Program-made: the position numbers and the translations under genes
The notes under the pieces: model-generated
The model's database searches: none
Seen by the model: the letters and a program-made list of their open reading frames with translations, nothing else
What the model was told of the DNA's origin: nothing
IMG/VR virus record: IMGVR_UViG_3300045971_000344
Location: 1 to 64,000 of that record
DNA: 64,000 nt
Reading direction: 5' to 3' (one strand)
Part shown: positions 1-9,077 of the stretch, in pieces
How the letters are laid out: the number at the start of each line of letters is the position of its first letter
Numbering within the stretch: the first letter of the stretch is position 1

Positions 1-2
1 AA

Positions 3-116
3 AAAACAGACGATGAAGGTAATATTATCGCTGGTGAGGCACGTAAGATCTCTGGAAAAGAACGTGACCTTTGGGGCTTTGACCTAGGTATTTTTCTTTT
101 TACCTCTCCAGCCTAA
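3..116 (+). pseudogene. Truncated paralog of the downstream putative phage metallopeptidase (5' end outside window)
   Basis: Frame 3 reads KTDDEGNIIAGEARKISGKERDLWGFD, matching KTDDEGNIIAGEAKKLSYKDVSLWGYD in 1198..1935. It diverges where the antisense endonuclease ORF ends (84) and stops at 114-116 before the HExxH motif. Confidence 0.75.
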
Positions 117-1067
117 AACATGCTCGGAGCGTTCTTCAGGGCTCATGCCCTTAAAAAGGTCTTTTACTCTTTTAGAATTAGCTTTTCTTATTTCTAAGTT
201 CTCTTCATCGGTTCTATTTGCTTTTGCCTTTGCTTTACCTTCCGAAATGCCTTTAGACATTTTCTCTTTAGTCTTTAATTTTTCTTCTTCTGACTTATTA
301 CGCATAGTTTCTAGTCGTCTTTTTGTTCTATCTTTAAGAACATCTTCAGGAGTATTTTTAATGGCGTTTTTGACAGCTATAGATATATTTTGTCGTCTTT
401 TATCCTTTTTCTCTTGCGAAGAGTTTTCTCTTCCTTCAATTAGCAGTTGAAGTCTAGTTTCCTTTTCTTCATCCGTCATCTTTTTATATTTTTCTTTCAT
501 TGTTTTTGAGCGTTTATTATTTATTTCTTCTATTTCTTCGTTTGTTTTATTTGACCACATTTTCTTAGACGTTAAACCTTTAGCTAACTTTTCTTCTTTG
601 GTATGCTTACAGCCCAAAGCTGTGCTAAGTCCACCCTTTGAATTATTAAGTAGAGGACCTGTCTTTATGTTTTTTCTACCAATTTTATCAATTAGTTTTT
701 CTTCTAGTTCAGCGGCTTCAAATTTAGTTATCCTAACACTTTTCATTTCAACTATGGCTGAAAGACCTTGTAAAATTAATTTCTTTAACACTCTTTTCAA
801 GTGTTTATTATGACTTTTACCATTTAAATGAGTATATACTCTTTCACCTTTACCTTCACCTACGTATAAAGGTTCGTGGCTAAATTTCCAATGTCCATAA
901 TAAAAAGGACCAGGTTTTCTAGGATCCAGCAAAGCATAGACATAGAAAATCTTTTGGTTATACCTTCTTAGTCTAGCATTGTCTAAACATTGTGCTTTTA
1001 CTTCTTGTACTCTAAGCTTTTCTTTTTTGGAAAGTTTCTTCTTGGATTTGGCTTTAGGGGTCTTCAT
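84..1067 (-). mobile_element. Free-standing GIY-YIG (LEM-3-like) homing endonuclease with basic helical C-terminal repeats
   Basis: FYVYALLDPRK...LYVGEGKGERVYTH...AAELEEKLI...LLNNSKGG fits the GIY-YIG core (Y..Y.G..R..E..N). GGAG lies 10 nt before ATG. Confidence 0.8.
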
Positions 1068-1078
1068 GATTAGATATC

Positions 1079-1162
1079 TCCACAGGATAGTTTGATACAG
1101 TATTGTTAGTTAGCGTACTGTGGATACGCAAAGGTAATTAGGCTCTGTCCTAACAATACTGT
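1079..1162 (-). promoter_or_regulatory. Structured 5' leader of the endonuclease (13-bp stem, nested hairpin, anti-SD loop)
   Basis: Inverted repeats 1097-1109/1150-1162 (13 bp) and 1113-1117/1125-1129. Loop 1118-1124 is complementary to 1079-1085, which overlaps the SD. Confidence 0.5.
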
Positions 1163-1197
1163 CAATAGTAAATTACATAAAATAACAGGAGAAATGT

Positions 1198-1935
1198 ATG
1201 GCTACGAACTATTGGAAAAATACAGACCCAGCTACAGAGAAAATCTTCTCTAAACTGGTAAAAGAATGTTTCCCTCACCTTAAAACAGCTAGTCTTTTGA
1301 TAATTTTTAGGGACAACGAAAAGACCGATGATGAAGGTAATATTATAGCTGGTGAAGCTAAAAAGCTTTCATATAAAGACGTTAGCTTATGGGGCTACGA
1401 CTTCGAGATTTGTTTGGATGCAGAGATCTGGTCAAAAATGAATAAGGCCGATAAGTACCGCTTGGGTTTTCATGAGCTTTGTCATTGTGGAGTTGAAACA
1501 GAGGAAGGCTCTACTGAACCTAAATTTGATGATAACGGTAAATTGAAGACAAAGATAATAAAGCACGATATTTGGCTCAAAACTTTCAAACAAGAAATTG
1601 AGACATTTGGCTTTGACGGTACAGATCAAGAGGTAGCGACGGTATTGTCTGAAATGATGGATAACAAAGCACAAATAAAGAAGAATAAAAAAGAATTCTT
1701 GGCTAAAATGGGAATTGAGATAAACAAAGAAGTTGGCGAGACTGAAGTTAAAAAGAAGAAAAAGAAAAACAAACATACAGAGATTGAGATTTCTACTAAG
1801 AAAAAGAGTAAAGAAGAATTAGAGGAAGAGGCAGACAAGTTGTTAGGTCTCGACCCCAAAAAGAAAAAGAAGGACCGCCTCATTGAGATAGACATGAAAA
1901 AACATAACCGTAAGAAATTCGGAAAGAAAAAATAA
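1198..1935 (+). CDS. Putative phage metallopeptidase (HExxH) with Lys-rich tail
   Basis: LGFHELCHC and downstream KHD motif; RBS AGGAG. Confidence 0.7.
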   Translation: MATNYWKNTDPATEKIFSKLVKECFPHLKTASLLIIFRDNEKTDDEGNIIAGEAKKLSYKDVSLWGYDFEICLDAEIWSKMNKADKYRLGFHELCHCGVETEEGSTEPKFDDNGKLKTKIIKHDIWLKTFKQEIETFGFDGTDQEVATVLSEMMDNKAQIKKNKKEFLAKMGIEINKEVGETEVKKKKKKNKHTEIEISTKKKSKEELEEEADKLLGLDPKKKKKDRLIEIDMKKHNRKKFGKKK

Positions 1936-1950
1936 AAGAGGATTGCTTAT

Positions 1951-2508
1951 ATGGCACGCTTACTTATTCACCCTTGGCAATTAAAACCCATGATGAAGAA
2001 ATATTTTGGTAAGAAGAGTGAACCTTATCAGTGGTTTAAGTCAGAAATATCAATGGTTTTGCCTGACCATATACACTATCTTAGTCTTCCTCTTCATATA
2101 GTTTATACTATAATGGACATTACTGGGTTAAACTCAAATCCCTTTGAAGGTATGCCCTCTCTAGAAGATGAAGGTGGAGAGTGTATCGACTGTACTGACT
2201 GCCCACAATTAGACGAGTGTAAACAAACTTTCCCTTTGGTCGAATTAACTACCGTAGAGTTTGAGGCGTACAAAAAGATACATGAAATAGAAAAACTATC
2301 TGAACCTATTCTTAGAAATAAAGATAATGTCTTAGTCGAAGTTAATTTATCTTCTTTAGAAGACTTGTATTCCTTGATAGTAGAAGCGTATGAAGGCCTT
2401 GATTTTTCTACTGAAGATAAAGGTTCTACTAAAGAAACACCTGTAACAGGAAATCCTAAAGTGTTAGAATTTAAGTCTCTTAATAGCTCAAGTAAGAAAA
2501 AGAAATAA
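1951..2508 (+). CDS. Hypothetical protein with Cys cluster (CxxCxxC..C)
   Basis: ORF with RBS GAGG; no family recognised. Confidence 0.6.
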   Translation: MARLLIHPWQLKPMMKKYFGKKSEPYQWFKSEISMVLPDHIHYLSLPLHIVYTIMDITGLNSNPFEGMPSLEDEGGECIDCTDCPQLDECKQTFPLVELTTVEFEAYKKIHEIEKLSEPILRNKDNVLVEVNLSSLEDLYSLIVEAYEGLDFSTEDKGSTKETPVTGNPKVLEFKSLNSSSKKKK

Positions 2509-2520
2509 AGAGGTAACTGT

Positions 2521-2718
2521 ATGCCAATATACGAATACTCTTGTAATAACTGTGGACATAAATTTGAAAAGAAAAATTACATGGTTTATCGTAATGAATA
2601 TCAAGAATGCCCTAAATGTGGAGGACAGTTATCCTTAGCAGTTAGCGCAAATAGTCGACGATCTGAAAGCTGGGTGGCTAATGTACCAAAGCCTGTTAGT
2701 ACAAAGAAGAAAAGGTGA
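2521..2718 (+). CDS. FmdB-family zinc-ribbon protein
   Basis: MPIYEYSCNNCGHKFE...CPKCGG signature. Confidence 0.85.
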   Translation: MPIYEYSCNNCGHKFEKKNYMVYRNEYQECPKCGGQLSLAVSANSRRSESWVANVPKPVSTKKKR

Positions 2719-3158
2719 GAGTTATGTTTAATAGAGGTCCTGATGTAGTTGTTGCTCTTATAGAGCACAAAGAAAAGCCTGAGCATTTTCTTGTGCAGTA
2801 TAGAGCTCAAAGTAAACAATACTCAGGGTGGTTGGAATTCCCCGGTGGTAAAATGGAGCCGGGTGAAAATCCAGAATCAGCCTTATGCCGAGAAGTTAGG
2901 GAAGAAGTAGATATTACAATAGCCGGACACTGTAAGTTTGTGGAAATGGATTATTTATTCCCTTCTGGATTGTATCATAAAGTAATTTTCTACTTTGTTA
3001 AACCGGAGTACTGGATTAGAACACCTATCGGCATGGAGGGTCAGCGTATTGGATGGTTGACTTTGTTCCAGATAATGACCTATCCTAAAGTTTTGCCCTT
3101 AAATAGAGCAGCGGCATTAATATTAACTACAGAACGACATCCAGATATCCTGGAGTAA
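2715..3158 (+). CDS. NUDIX hydrolase (MutT-like)
   Basis: Nudix box GGKMEPGENPESALCREVREEVDI. Confidence 0.9.
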   Translation: MRVMFNRGPDVVVALIEHKEKPEHFLVQYRAQSKQYSGWLEFPGGKMEPGENPESALCREVREEVDITIAGHCKFVEMDYLFPSGLYHKVIFYFVKPEYWIRTPIGMEGQRIGWLTLFQIMTYPKVLPLNRAAALILTTERHPDILE

Positions 3159-3177
3159 CCAATATGGTGACAGCTCT

Positions 3178-4128
3178 GTGAGATCCGAACAAGAATTTTT
3201 GGATTTATCTGCACAGTTAGAAGAGGCAATCAGTTCTCAGAATGAGATGCAAAGACTATTATCTCATTACCAAGGATTAGCCGAACATTATCAGGACATT
3301 TTTAACCTAGCTCCTGTGGGCAAACTCATTTTAGACCTAAGAGGGAACATTCTCCGTGCCAATGATAAGGCTTGTGCGATATTAGGATGTAAAAAGGAAT
3401 TTGTGATTACAAAGTCTATATTCTCTTTTGTAAATACAAAAGGCTCTTCTGCGTTCTATGAAATGTTGCTAGAGCACTTCCATCATGTTAAGTTTGGAAG
3501 CACTGCAATAAGATGTGATGTGATGCTAAAAGCTAAGTGGTGTGCCTTCCATTCCAGTCTGTTTTCCGATGACCTGATTATGGTCACACTAATAGATATT
3601 ACTGACCGAAAAAACACTGAGCATAGAGTTATCCATAGCAGTACCCACGATAGTCTTACAGGGTTATACAATAGAGCCTTTTTTACTTCCGAACTTGAAA
3701 GACTATCTCTGAGTAGGCTATTTCCTATAACGATAGTAAGTTCAGATATTAATGAGCTTAAAAAGGTTAATGACACCAAAGGACATAAAGCGGGTGATGC
3801 CTTAATTAAGCGAGCCGCTTCCGTGTTAGTTGCCTCATTTAGAGCCGAGGATGTTGTTGCGCGTTTAGGCGGGGATGAGTTCATTGTTCTTCTCCCAACT
3901 ACCACTGAAGAACAAGCCCAGCATATTATTATTAGTTTGAAGAATAATCCTATCATTACTTCAGGTCAACTGAGTTTATCTATCGGTATAGCCACTGCGG
4001 ATTCACAAGACAAGTTGCATAGAGCCTTAAAATTAAGTGATAAACGAATGTACCAGGATAAGCAAAAGTATAGAGATAGGGTCAGTCAAGTAGTTCTTGG
4101 AGTGAACAATGGAAACTATAATCAATAA
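3178..4128 (+). CDS. PAS-domain diguanylate cyclase (GGDEF)
   Basis: HDSLTGLYNR, DINELKKVNDTKGHKAGD, RLGGDEF, RxxD I-site (RAED), SIGIA, SDKRMY; N-terminal coiled coil and PAS (IFNLAPVGKLILD...ANDKAC). Confidence 0.92.
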   Translation: MRSEQEFLDLSAQLEEAISSQNEMQRLLSHYQGLAEHYQDIFNLAPVGKLILDLRGNILRANDKACAILGCKKEFVITKSIFSFVNTKGSSAFYEMLLEHFHHVKFGSTAIRCDVMLKAKWCAFHSSLFSDDLIMVTLIDITDRKNTEHRVIHSSTHDSLTGLYNRAFFTSELERLSLSRLFPITIVSSDINELKKVNDTKGHKAGDALIKRAASVLVASFRAEDVVARLGGDEFIVLLPTTTEEQAQHIIISLKNNPIITSGQLSLSIGIATADSQDKLHRALKLSDKRMYQDKQKYRDRVSQVVLGVNNGNYNQ

Positions 4129-4276
4129 GTTGGGTTTAATACGATTATCCGCTGAGTTGTCTATTAAGGCACTTCAAATGGGTGCTCCTGTTGAAAGTAT
4201 TGAGCAATACCTTAACTCAATATCTGACAGTCTCTATAAAGTGCGAGAGTTATGCTCCAAAGGTGATAAGACATGA
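4109..4276 (+). CDS. Small hypothetical protein (55 aa)
   Basis: METIINKLG...KGDKT, with GGAG upstream; not in the supplied ORF track. Confidence 0.5.
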   Translation: METIINKLGLIRLSAELSIKALQMGAPVESIEQYLNSISDSLYKVRELCSKGDKT

Positions 4277-4407
4277 GGAATACAGGATTTGTTGCTATTT
4301 CCTATCTTAAAAAGGGTGATAATGGTTCCTGGGTTTGCTGTGGTAATAAGAATCCAGTCTATGCAAATGTATGTCTTATCTGTATGCGAAATAAGAATTG
4401 GAGGTAG
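4273..4407 (+). CDS. Small Cys-rich protein, RanBP2-like zinc finger (44 aa)
   Basis: W-V-C-C-G-N-K-N...C-L-I-C pattern; start overlaps upstream stop (ATGA). Confidence 0.45.
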   Translation: MRNTGFVAISYLKKGDNGSWVCCGNKNPVYANVCLICMRNKNWR

Positions 4408-4409
4408 CT

Positions 4410-4679
4410 ATGGACTGTAAAGGTTGTGGTAAATGCTGTGATATTACAAACGACCCTTATTTAGACGTAGAGTTGTTTGAGGAAGACAGGGTACCCATTT
4501 ATGGCCTGGAGTTTCGGTCATCTTCTGGACAATTTTACCTTAAAAGAAATCTTGATGGTACCTGTATTTTTCTAAATGAGAATAAAGAATGTGCTATCTA
4601 TAATGACCGACCTAGAGAATGTAGAGAGTTTACTCAAGAGCACTCAGTGTGTAAACGCTTAACAGGTAACGACTCATGA
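4410..4679 (+). CDS. YkgJ-family cysteine-cluster (CxxCxxCC) protein
   Basis: CKGCGKCC...CIFL...CAIYNDRPRECREF; ATG 4410 follows GGAGG. Confidence 0.85.
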   Translation: MDCKGCGKCCDITNDPYLDVELFEEDRVPIYGLEFRSSSGQFYLKRNLDGTCIFLNENKECAIYNDRPRECREFTQEHSVCKRLTGNDS

Positions 4680-5081
4680 CAAAAGATGAATTGCTTATAC
4701 ACCTTGAATACTGCATGGGCGATACAGAAATAATGGTTAAGATTGATGGCAGACTTTTACAGATTCAAGATGTTAACCACTACGCTCCAAAAGAGTCAAC
4801 AGCTAGATTTTTAATTTTAATACCAAATGAAAGAATACCTAGAAAATAGAGGTATGACTATTATGGATTTTTATATCGTCTTTACAGAACGTCAAAAGGA
4901 TAAAATAGAGCTTTGGAAGAAAACGTTACCAAAGTTAAAAGCAAAGGTTGTCCGATCTTTTGGAATAATCTTTGTTCCTACAGACAATGTAAATAAAGAT
5001 GGTAGAAGGATTTTTAAAGCCTACTTTAAAAGTTCTGATGGTCACAAATTTTTTGTGACTAAGAAAGCAATTTTACACTGA
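4676..5081 (+). other. Two small hypothetical CDS (4676..4849; about 4854..5081)
   Basis: Contiguous, coupled ORFs; no motifs. Confidence 0.5.
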
Positions 5082-5098
5082 TTAAGAAAGGATAACCC

Positions 5099-5755
5099 AT
5101 GTTGGTAACAAAAATATTTCGATTCGAGGCCTGCCATTCAGTAAAAGACGCATACACTTGTAGATGTGACAGAACGCGGACAGATAAATCTGCCGGGGGC
5201 TTACACGGACATTCTTATGTTGTAGAGCTCACCCTTGAAGGGGATGTGGCAAAATCAGATGGAATGGTTATTGACTTCACTCTTGTTAGGGAAACTTTTA
5301 ACCATATAATTGATGCTTTTGACCACACTCTTGTTATTGGGGATACTGATAAAGTAATGGCAACCCTAGGTCCCTACATCTCAGCTCGTTATATAATTTT
5401 CCCTGGTAATCCAACTGCAGAGAATATGGCTGAATACTTCTTTAACTATCTTGATAGTTATCTTACTGACAACTACCTTTTAGGCGTAAGTGTATTCTCA
5501 GTAACCGTGTGGGAAACCGTTACAGGGAAAGCGACTAAGGTAAGAGAGATAAAAGGAGTTTTACCCAGTGACTTGTATATTAGTCCTGCCTTAGCTTATG
5601 GTTGGTCAGACTATGATAAGAAGACTTTTGAGTATAACAACGGACATATTTTAGAAGAAAAGCAGCTGATAACAAACATAACTACCCTAGATACAACTGA
5701 TTCTGCTGGTACTACCCTAAATTTTACTGCTACTCTTGGAAATAAAAACTGTTAA
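5099..5755 (+). CDS. queD: 6-carboxy-5,6,7,8-tetrahydropterin synthase (QueD/PTPS)
   Basis: TKIFRFEACH...LHGHSY...GMVIDF...FDH...NPTAENMA...VWET. Confidence 0.9.
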   Translation: MLVTKIFRFEACHSVKDAYTCRCDRTRTDKSAGGLHGHSYVVELTLEGDVAKSDGMVIDFTLVRETFNHIIDAFDHTLVIGDTDKVMATLGPYISARYIIFPGNPTAENMAEYFFNYLDSYLTDNYLLGVSVFSVTVWETVTGKATKVREIKGVLPSDLYISPALAYGWSDYDKKTFEYNNGHILEEKQLITNITTLDTTDSAGTTLNFTATLGNKNC

Positions 5756-5793
5756 TATACATTGATATTTGCTTAAAGGGGAGGTGATTCTCC

Positions 5794-7161
5794 ATTAGAC
5801 TATTCAGTCCAGAAACAGAGTTTAGAGTAATAGCTTCTATCTGCAATTCTCCTCCTAATTCAGTTACTACTACCTTTCTTTTATCCAGAATTACTACTGA
5901 GCACTTTCATTTTGATCCAGCAAAAGCCGCTTTTAAGCGAATAATGAAGTTGATGCAAACTAGTGGTAATATTCCTGGGTATAGAGAGTTAGAAGCTGAT
6001 CCAATATTGGATGAAGGCTTTAGAGCAGAAATATCTGCGTATGATGATAAAAAGAAAAAGATAAGACAAGAGAAAACCGCTAAGGCGGTATTTGATCTCT
6101 TAGAAAGCTATAGAAAAAAGAGGGTACTGTATAACGTAGCAAAGTCTACAATAGATAAATTAAAAGGCGAAGCTGTAGATGTAGACAGCCTTATACAGGC
6201 AATGGGTGATAATTTAGCTGTTGCAACCTCGGCTGTCTCAACAATTGAACAACTTGTCCACATAGGAGAAGGTAACAACAGCGTTGAGCTCGTTAAAGAG
6301 ATACTAGATGGAGAAGGTTCTCCAACTATTCCAACAGGTTTTAAGACGTTTGATGATAAAAATGGAGGATTCTTTAAGCAGGCAGTTGCGGTATTATCTT
6401 CAAATAGTTCAGGCGGTAAGTCCGTTTGCGCACTTCAGATGGCAATAAATATGTACTGGGCAGGGCAAAGCACTTGCGTACTCTCCTTAGAGATGAGTAA
6501 AGACCAGTACATGGCACGTTTCTTATCTAACATAAGTGGTGTATCTGCCTCAAGAATATTTTTGAAGAAACTTACTGAAGACGAAAAGAATGAAATACGA
6601 GCTGCCTATAAAAAGTTTGTTATCTTCGGAAAGAAAAATAATGTACGATGGACAATACTAGCCCCTGAAACTGGTTTATCACTTGACCAGTTACTTATGA
6701 CTTGTAAGCCCTATAGCTTTGACGTAGTAACAATTGACTATGCTACCTTATTAGAAGAGGCTGATGTAGATAACCAAGCACGAGCTTTGGCCTCAATTAC
6801 ACGCCGTTGTAAAGTATTCTCTCAAGTATCAAAATGTCTAGTTATAGTACTAGCTCAGTTGTCTGATGATGGGTTTATAAAATACAGTAGGGCGATAAAA
6901 GAAAATGCGGACCACGTTTGGACCTGGACTTTTTCCGATACGGAAAGAGAAACTCATAATATAACAATAAAAGTTGATAAAGGTAGAAACCAAATGTGTT
7001 TTCCTTTTGAAGTTACTGAAGATTTCTCAACTATGAGAATTATAGATAATGGACCCGTAAGATCATTCGATGAAGATACTGAAAACGAATTTTCAACAAA
7101 AAAGAAAAAGAAAGAGAAAGAAGAACCTGAAGATGATTATTTAGCGGAGGACGATATCTGA
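5794..7161 (+). CDS. dnaB: DnaB-like replicative helicase (probable ATT start at 5794)
   Basis: IPTGFKTFD, SNSSGGKS (Walker A), LSLEMS, VTIDY, VLAQLS, IKENAD, VDKGRN. The frame is open 50 codons upstream of ATG 5944 to an ATT downstream of GGGGAGGTG. Confidence 0.88.
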   Translation: MRLFSPETEFRVIASICNSPPNSVTTTFLLSRITTEHFHFDPAKAAFKRIMKLMQTSGNIPGYRELEADPILDEGFRAEISAYDDKKKKIRQEKTAKAVFDLLESYRKKRVLYNVAKSTIDKLKGEAVDVDSLIQAMGDNLAVATSAVSTIEQLVHIGEGNNSVELVKEILDGEGSPTIPTGFKTFDDKNGGFFKQAVAVLSSNSSGGKSVCALQMAINMYWAGQSTCVLSLEMSKDQYMARFLSNISGVSASRIFLKKLTEDEKNEIRAAYKKFVIFGKKNNVRWTILAPETGLSLDQLLMTCKPYSFDVVTIDYATLLEEADVDNQARALASITRRCKVFSQVSKCLVIVLAQLSDDGFIKYSRAIKENADHVWTWTFSDTERETHNITIKVDKGRNQMCFPFEVTEDFSTMRIIDNGPVRSFDEDTENEFSTKKKKKEKEEPEDDYLAEDDI

Positions 7162-9035
7162 TGATGAAAAAAGATCCGTTAAAGTCAGAGATTAGAAAAT
7201 TGAAGTCCCTACCTCTTGAGTCTCCTTTTGGAGTAATTGATGACCCACCACCATATAAATCAAAAAAGAAACAAAAAGAAACAATCTATATTCCTGAAAA
7301 AACAAGTTCTGATGTTCCCAAAGCAGCAAAATTAGGTCGTCTTCCAAAAGAAGTAGAAAAGATACAAGGTAAGATAGACAATCTGGTAAAGGTTCCTAAA
7401 GAGCAACTTGACCAATTCATGCAGGTCTATACAGATTCTAGCAAGGGTATAGCTAATGACTTTTTGACCCGAATAGCCCCTGTATTTTTATCCTTTGAAG
7501 ATGCAATGAGCTATTCAACCGTAGCTCTAAGGGATTGTTTGTCTTATGATGGTGAGATTGATCTTGAAATACTACCTCTTTTAGAATGGGCGGCACGTAT
7601 CTCTGTACTAGCAACATTTTTAGATAAATTAGGTTTACCTTACGTCTATAAAAAACGGTTTATGCAACTCTCAATAGCAAAGGCTGTTGAAAAAGCATTC
7701 TTAACTAAAAATTCTATGTTGGGGACAACTGTTGGAATCTCCGCACAGAATAGAGTAGCCGGAATAGTAAACACCCCAAATAAGACTACCACCACCCCAA
7801 ATGTTCCACCTGCGGCTATTCGGACACGGAATTTGAATACAAATCGGAAAACAAAATGATCCGCCATCTGCATATTTGTCCCTTACAAGCAGAATTTAAG
7901 TTCTATAATTGCTGTCCAATTCATTCTTGTCTTTATTACAGCAAAAAGTGTTTTTCTTGTTGCATAAAATTAGGTACAAAAGAATCAGATAACGATTCCA
8001 TAGGAATATCTAACTCAGAACTTTTATTCTATAAAGGATCCGATGAAATTAGATCAAGTAAACATATAGCTGATCTTAAAAAAGGGGGAATACTACGCAT
8101 ACAGCAAATTTATGGTTTCAATGCTTATTTAGATTTTATCCGTGAGAACTACTTTGACCTACGGACACATTTTACTCAAAAATTTAGCTTTGGAAGAAAA
8201 TTACGTTCAAAATGTATAAGTAACACCTTAGCTTTATATCCTTATAATGTAGACCTTTTTAAGATAACAAAAGCAGATTTAGTATTAATCTTAACAAATA
8301 ACGTCTATAGTTCATTTGTAAGTAGAAAAAAATTAGATTCAAATATTTTAGACTATTTCTTAATTATACATCTGTCAAAAGAGAGAGTGGAGAAAGTGCG
8401 GGCGGTACTAAAAAACTATTTTAGAAAAAAGGGGATAACACATGATTTCAGCGAAGAAAGCAATAAAGGGATTGGCCTCATTGAAAGTTAGCTCTCTTGA
8501 GGACAAAAGTTTAAAAGAAATTTGGGTCATAAACGAAACAAAGCCAAAAGGAATTATTATTCTTGATATTAAGAATAAAATGGACGGAAGTCCTACTTTG
8601 GTAACTATTCCTCCTACTTGGATTCCTATTTGTTTAACTGATCAGATACCCAAGTCTATGCTTACAGACAGCCCTAAATTCAGGTCGATTTTATCCTTGG
8701 GTCACATTAAGCTCCTTGATCCAAAAGGTGTTCATGAGATAATTGCAATACCTGAGATTGCAGAAGAGATTACTGCAATAAAGAATAAAACATCGGAAAT
8801 GTTTAAGGAACAACTTCCCGAGGCTATAAAGACAGAAGCGATTTCTGTAATTGTCCTGGATATCCTTTCAAGAGAAGAAAGTAAGACAATAACTGAATCT
8901 GAAGCAAAAGACATTTTGAATAACAAAGAAGATGAACTATCCAATGAAGATCTTGAGCACTTAATCAATAATAGTAACATGGCAAAAGTTAAGAAATGGG
9001 CCGCAGAAATGATTACCGATAGAGATTCAGAATAA
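7161..9035 (+). other. Three hypothetical CDS between helicase and primase (7161..7859, 7856..8491, 8442..9035)
   Basis: Overlapping co-oriented ORFs of 197-232 aa. Confidence 0.65.
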
Positions 9036-9042
9036 CATACAT

Positions 9043-9077
9043 AGGAGGGCGAGGGTCTCTGACCCTCGCTTCTATTC
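9043..9077 (+). promoter_or_regulatory. SD separated from the primase start codon by a 9-bp hairpin
   Basis: AGGAGG 9043-9048, GCGAGGGTC-TCT-GACCCTCGC 9049-9069, 8 nt, ATG 9078. Confidence 0.65.

Noticed and set aside
1113-1150. c-di-GMP-I riboswitch (ACGCAAAG)
   Set aside because: Lacks the upstream GGCAAA/GNRA P1 elements
84-1197. Group I intron hosting the endonuclease
   Set aside because: No second exon continuing the peptidase after the ORF, the endonuclease is antisense, and no P7-type core was recognisable
4109-4276. HisKA-like fragment next to the cyclase
   Set aside because: No phospho-acceptor His box; the similarity is only amphipathic-helix pattern
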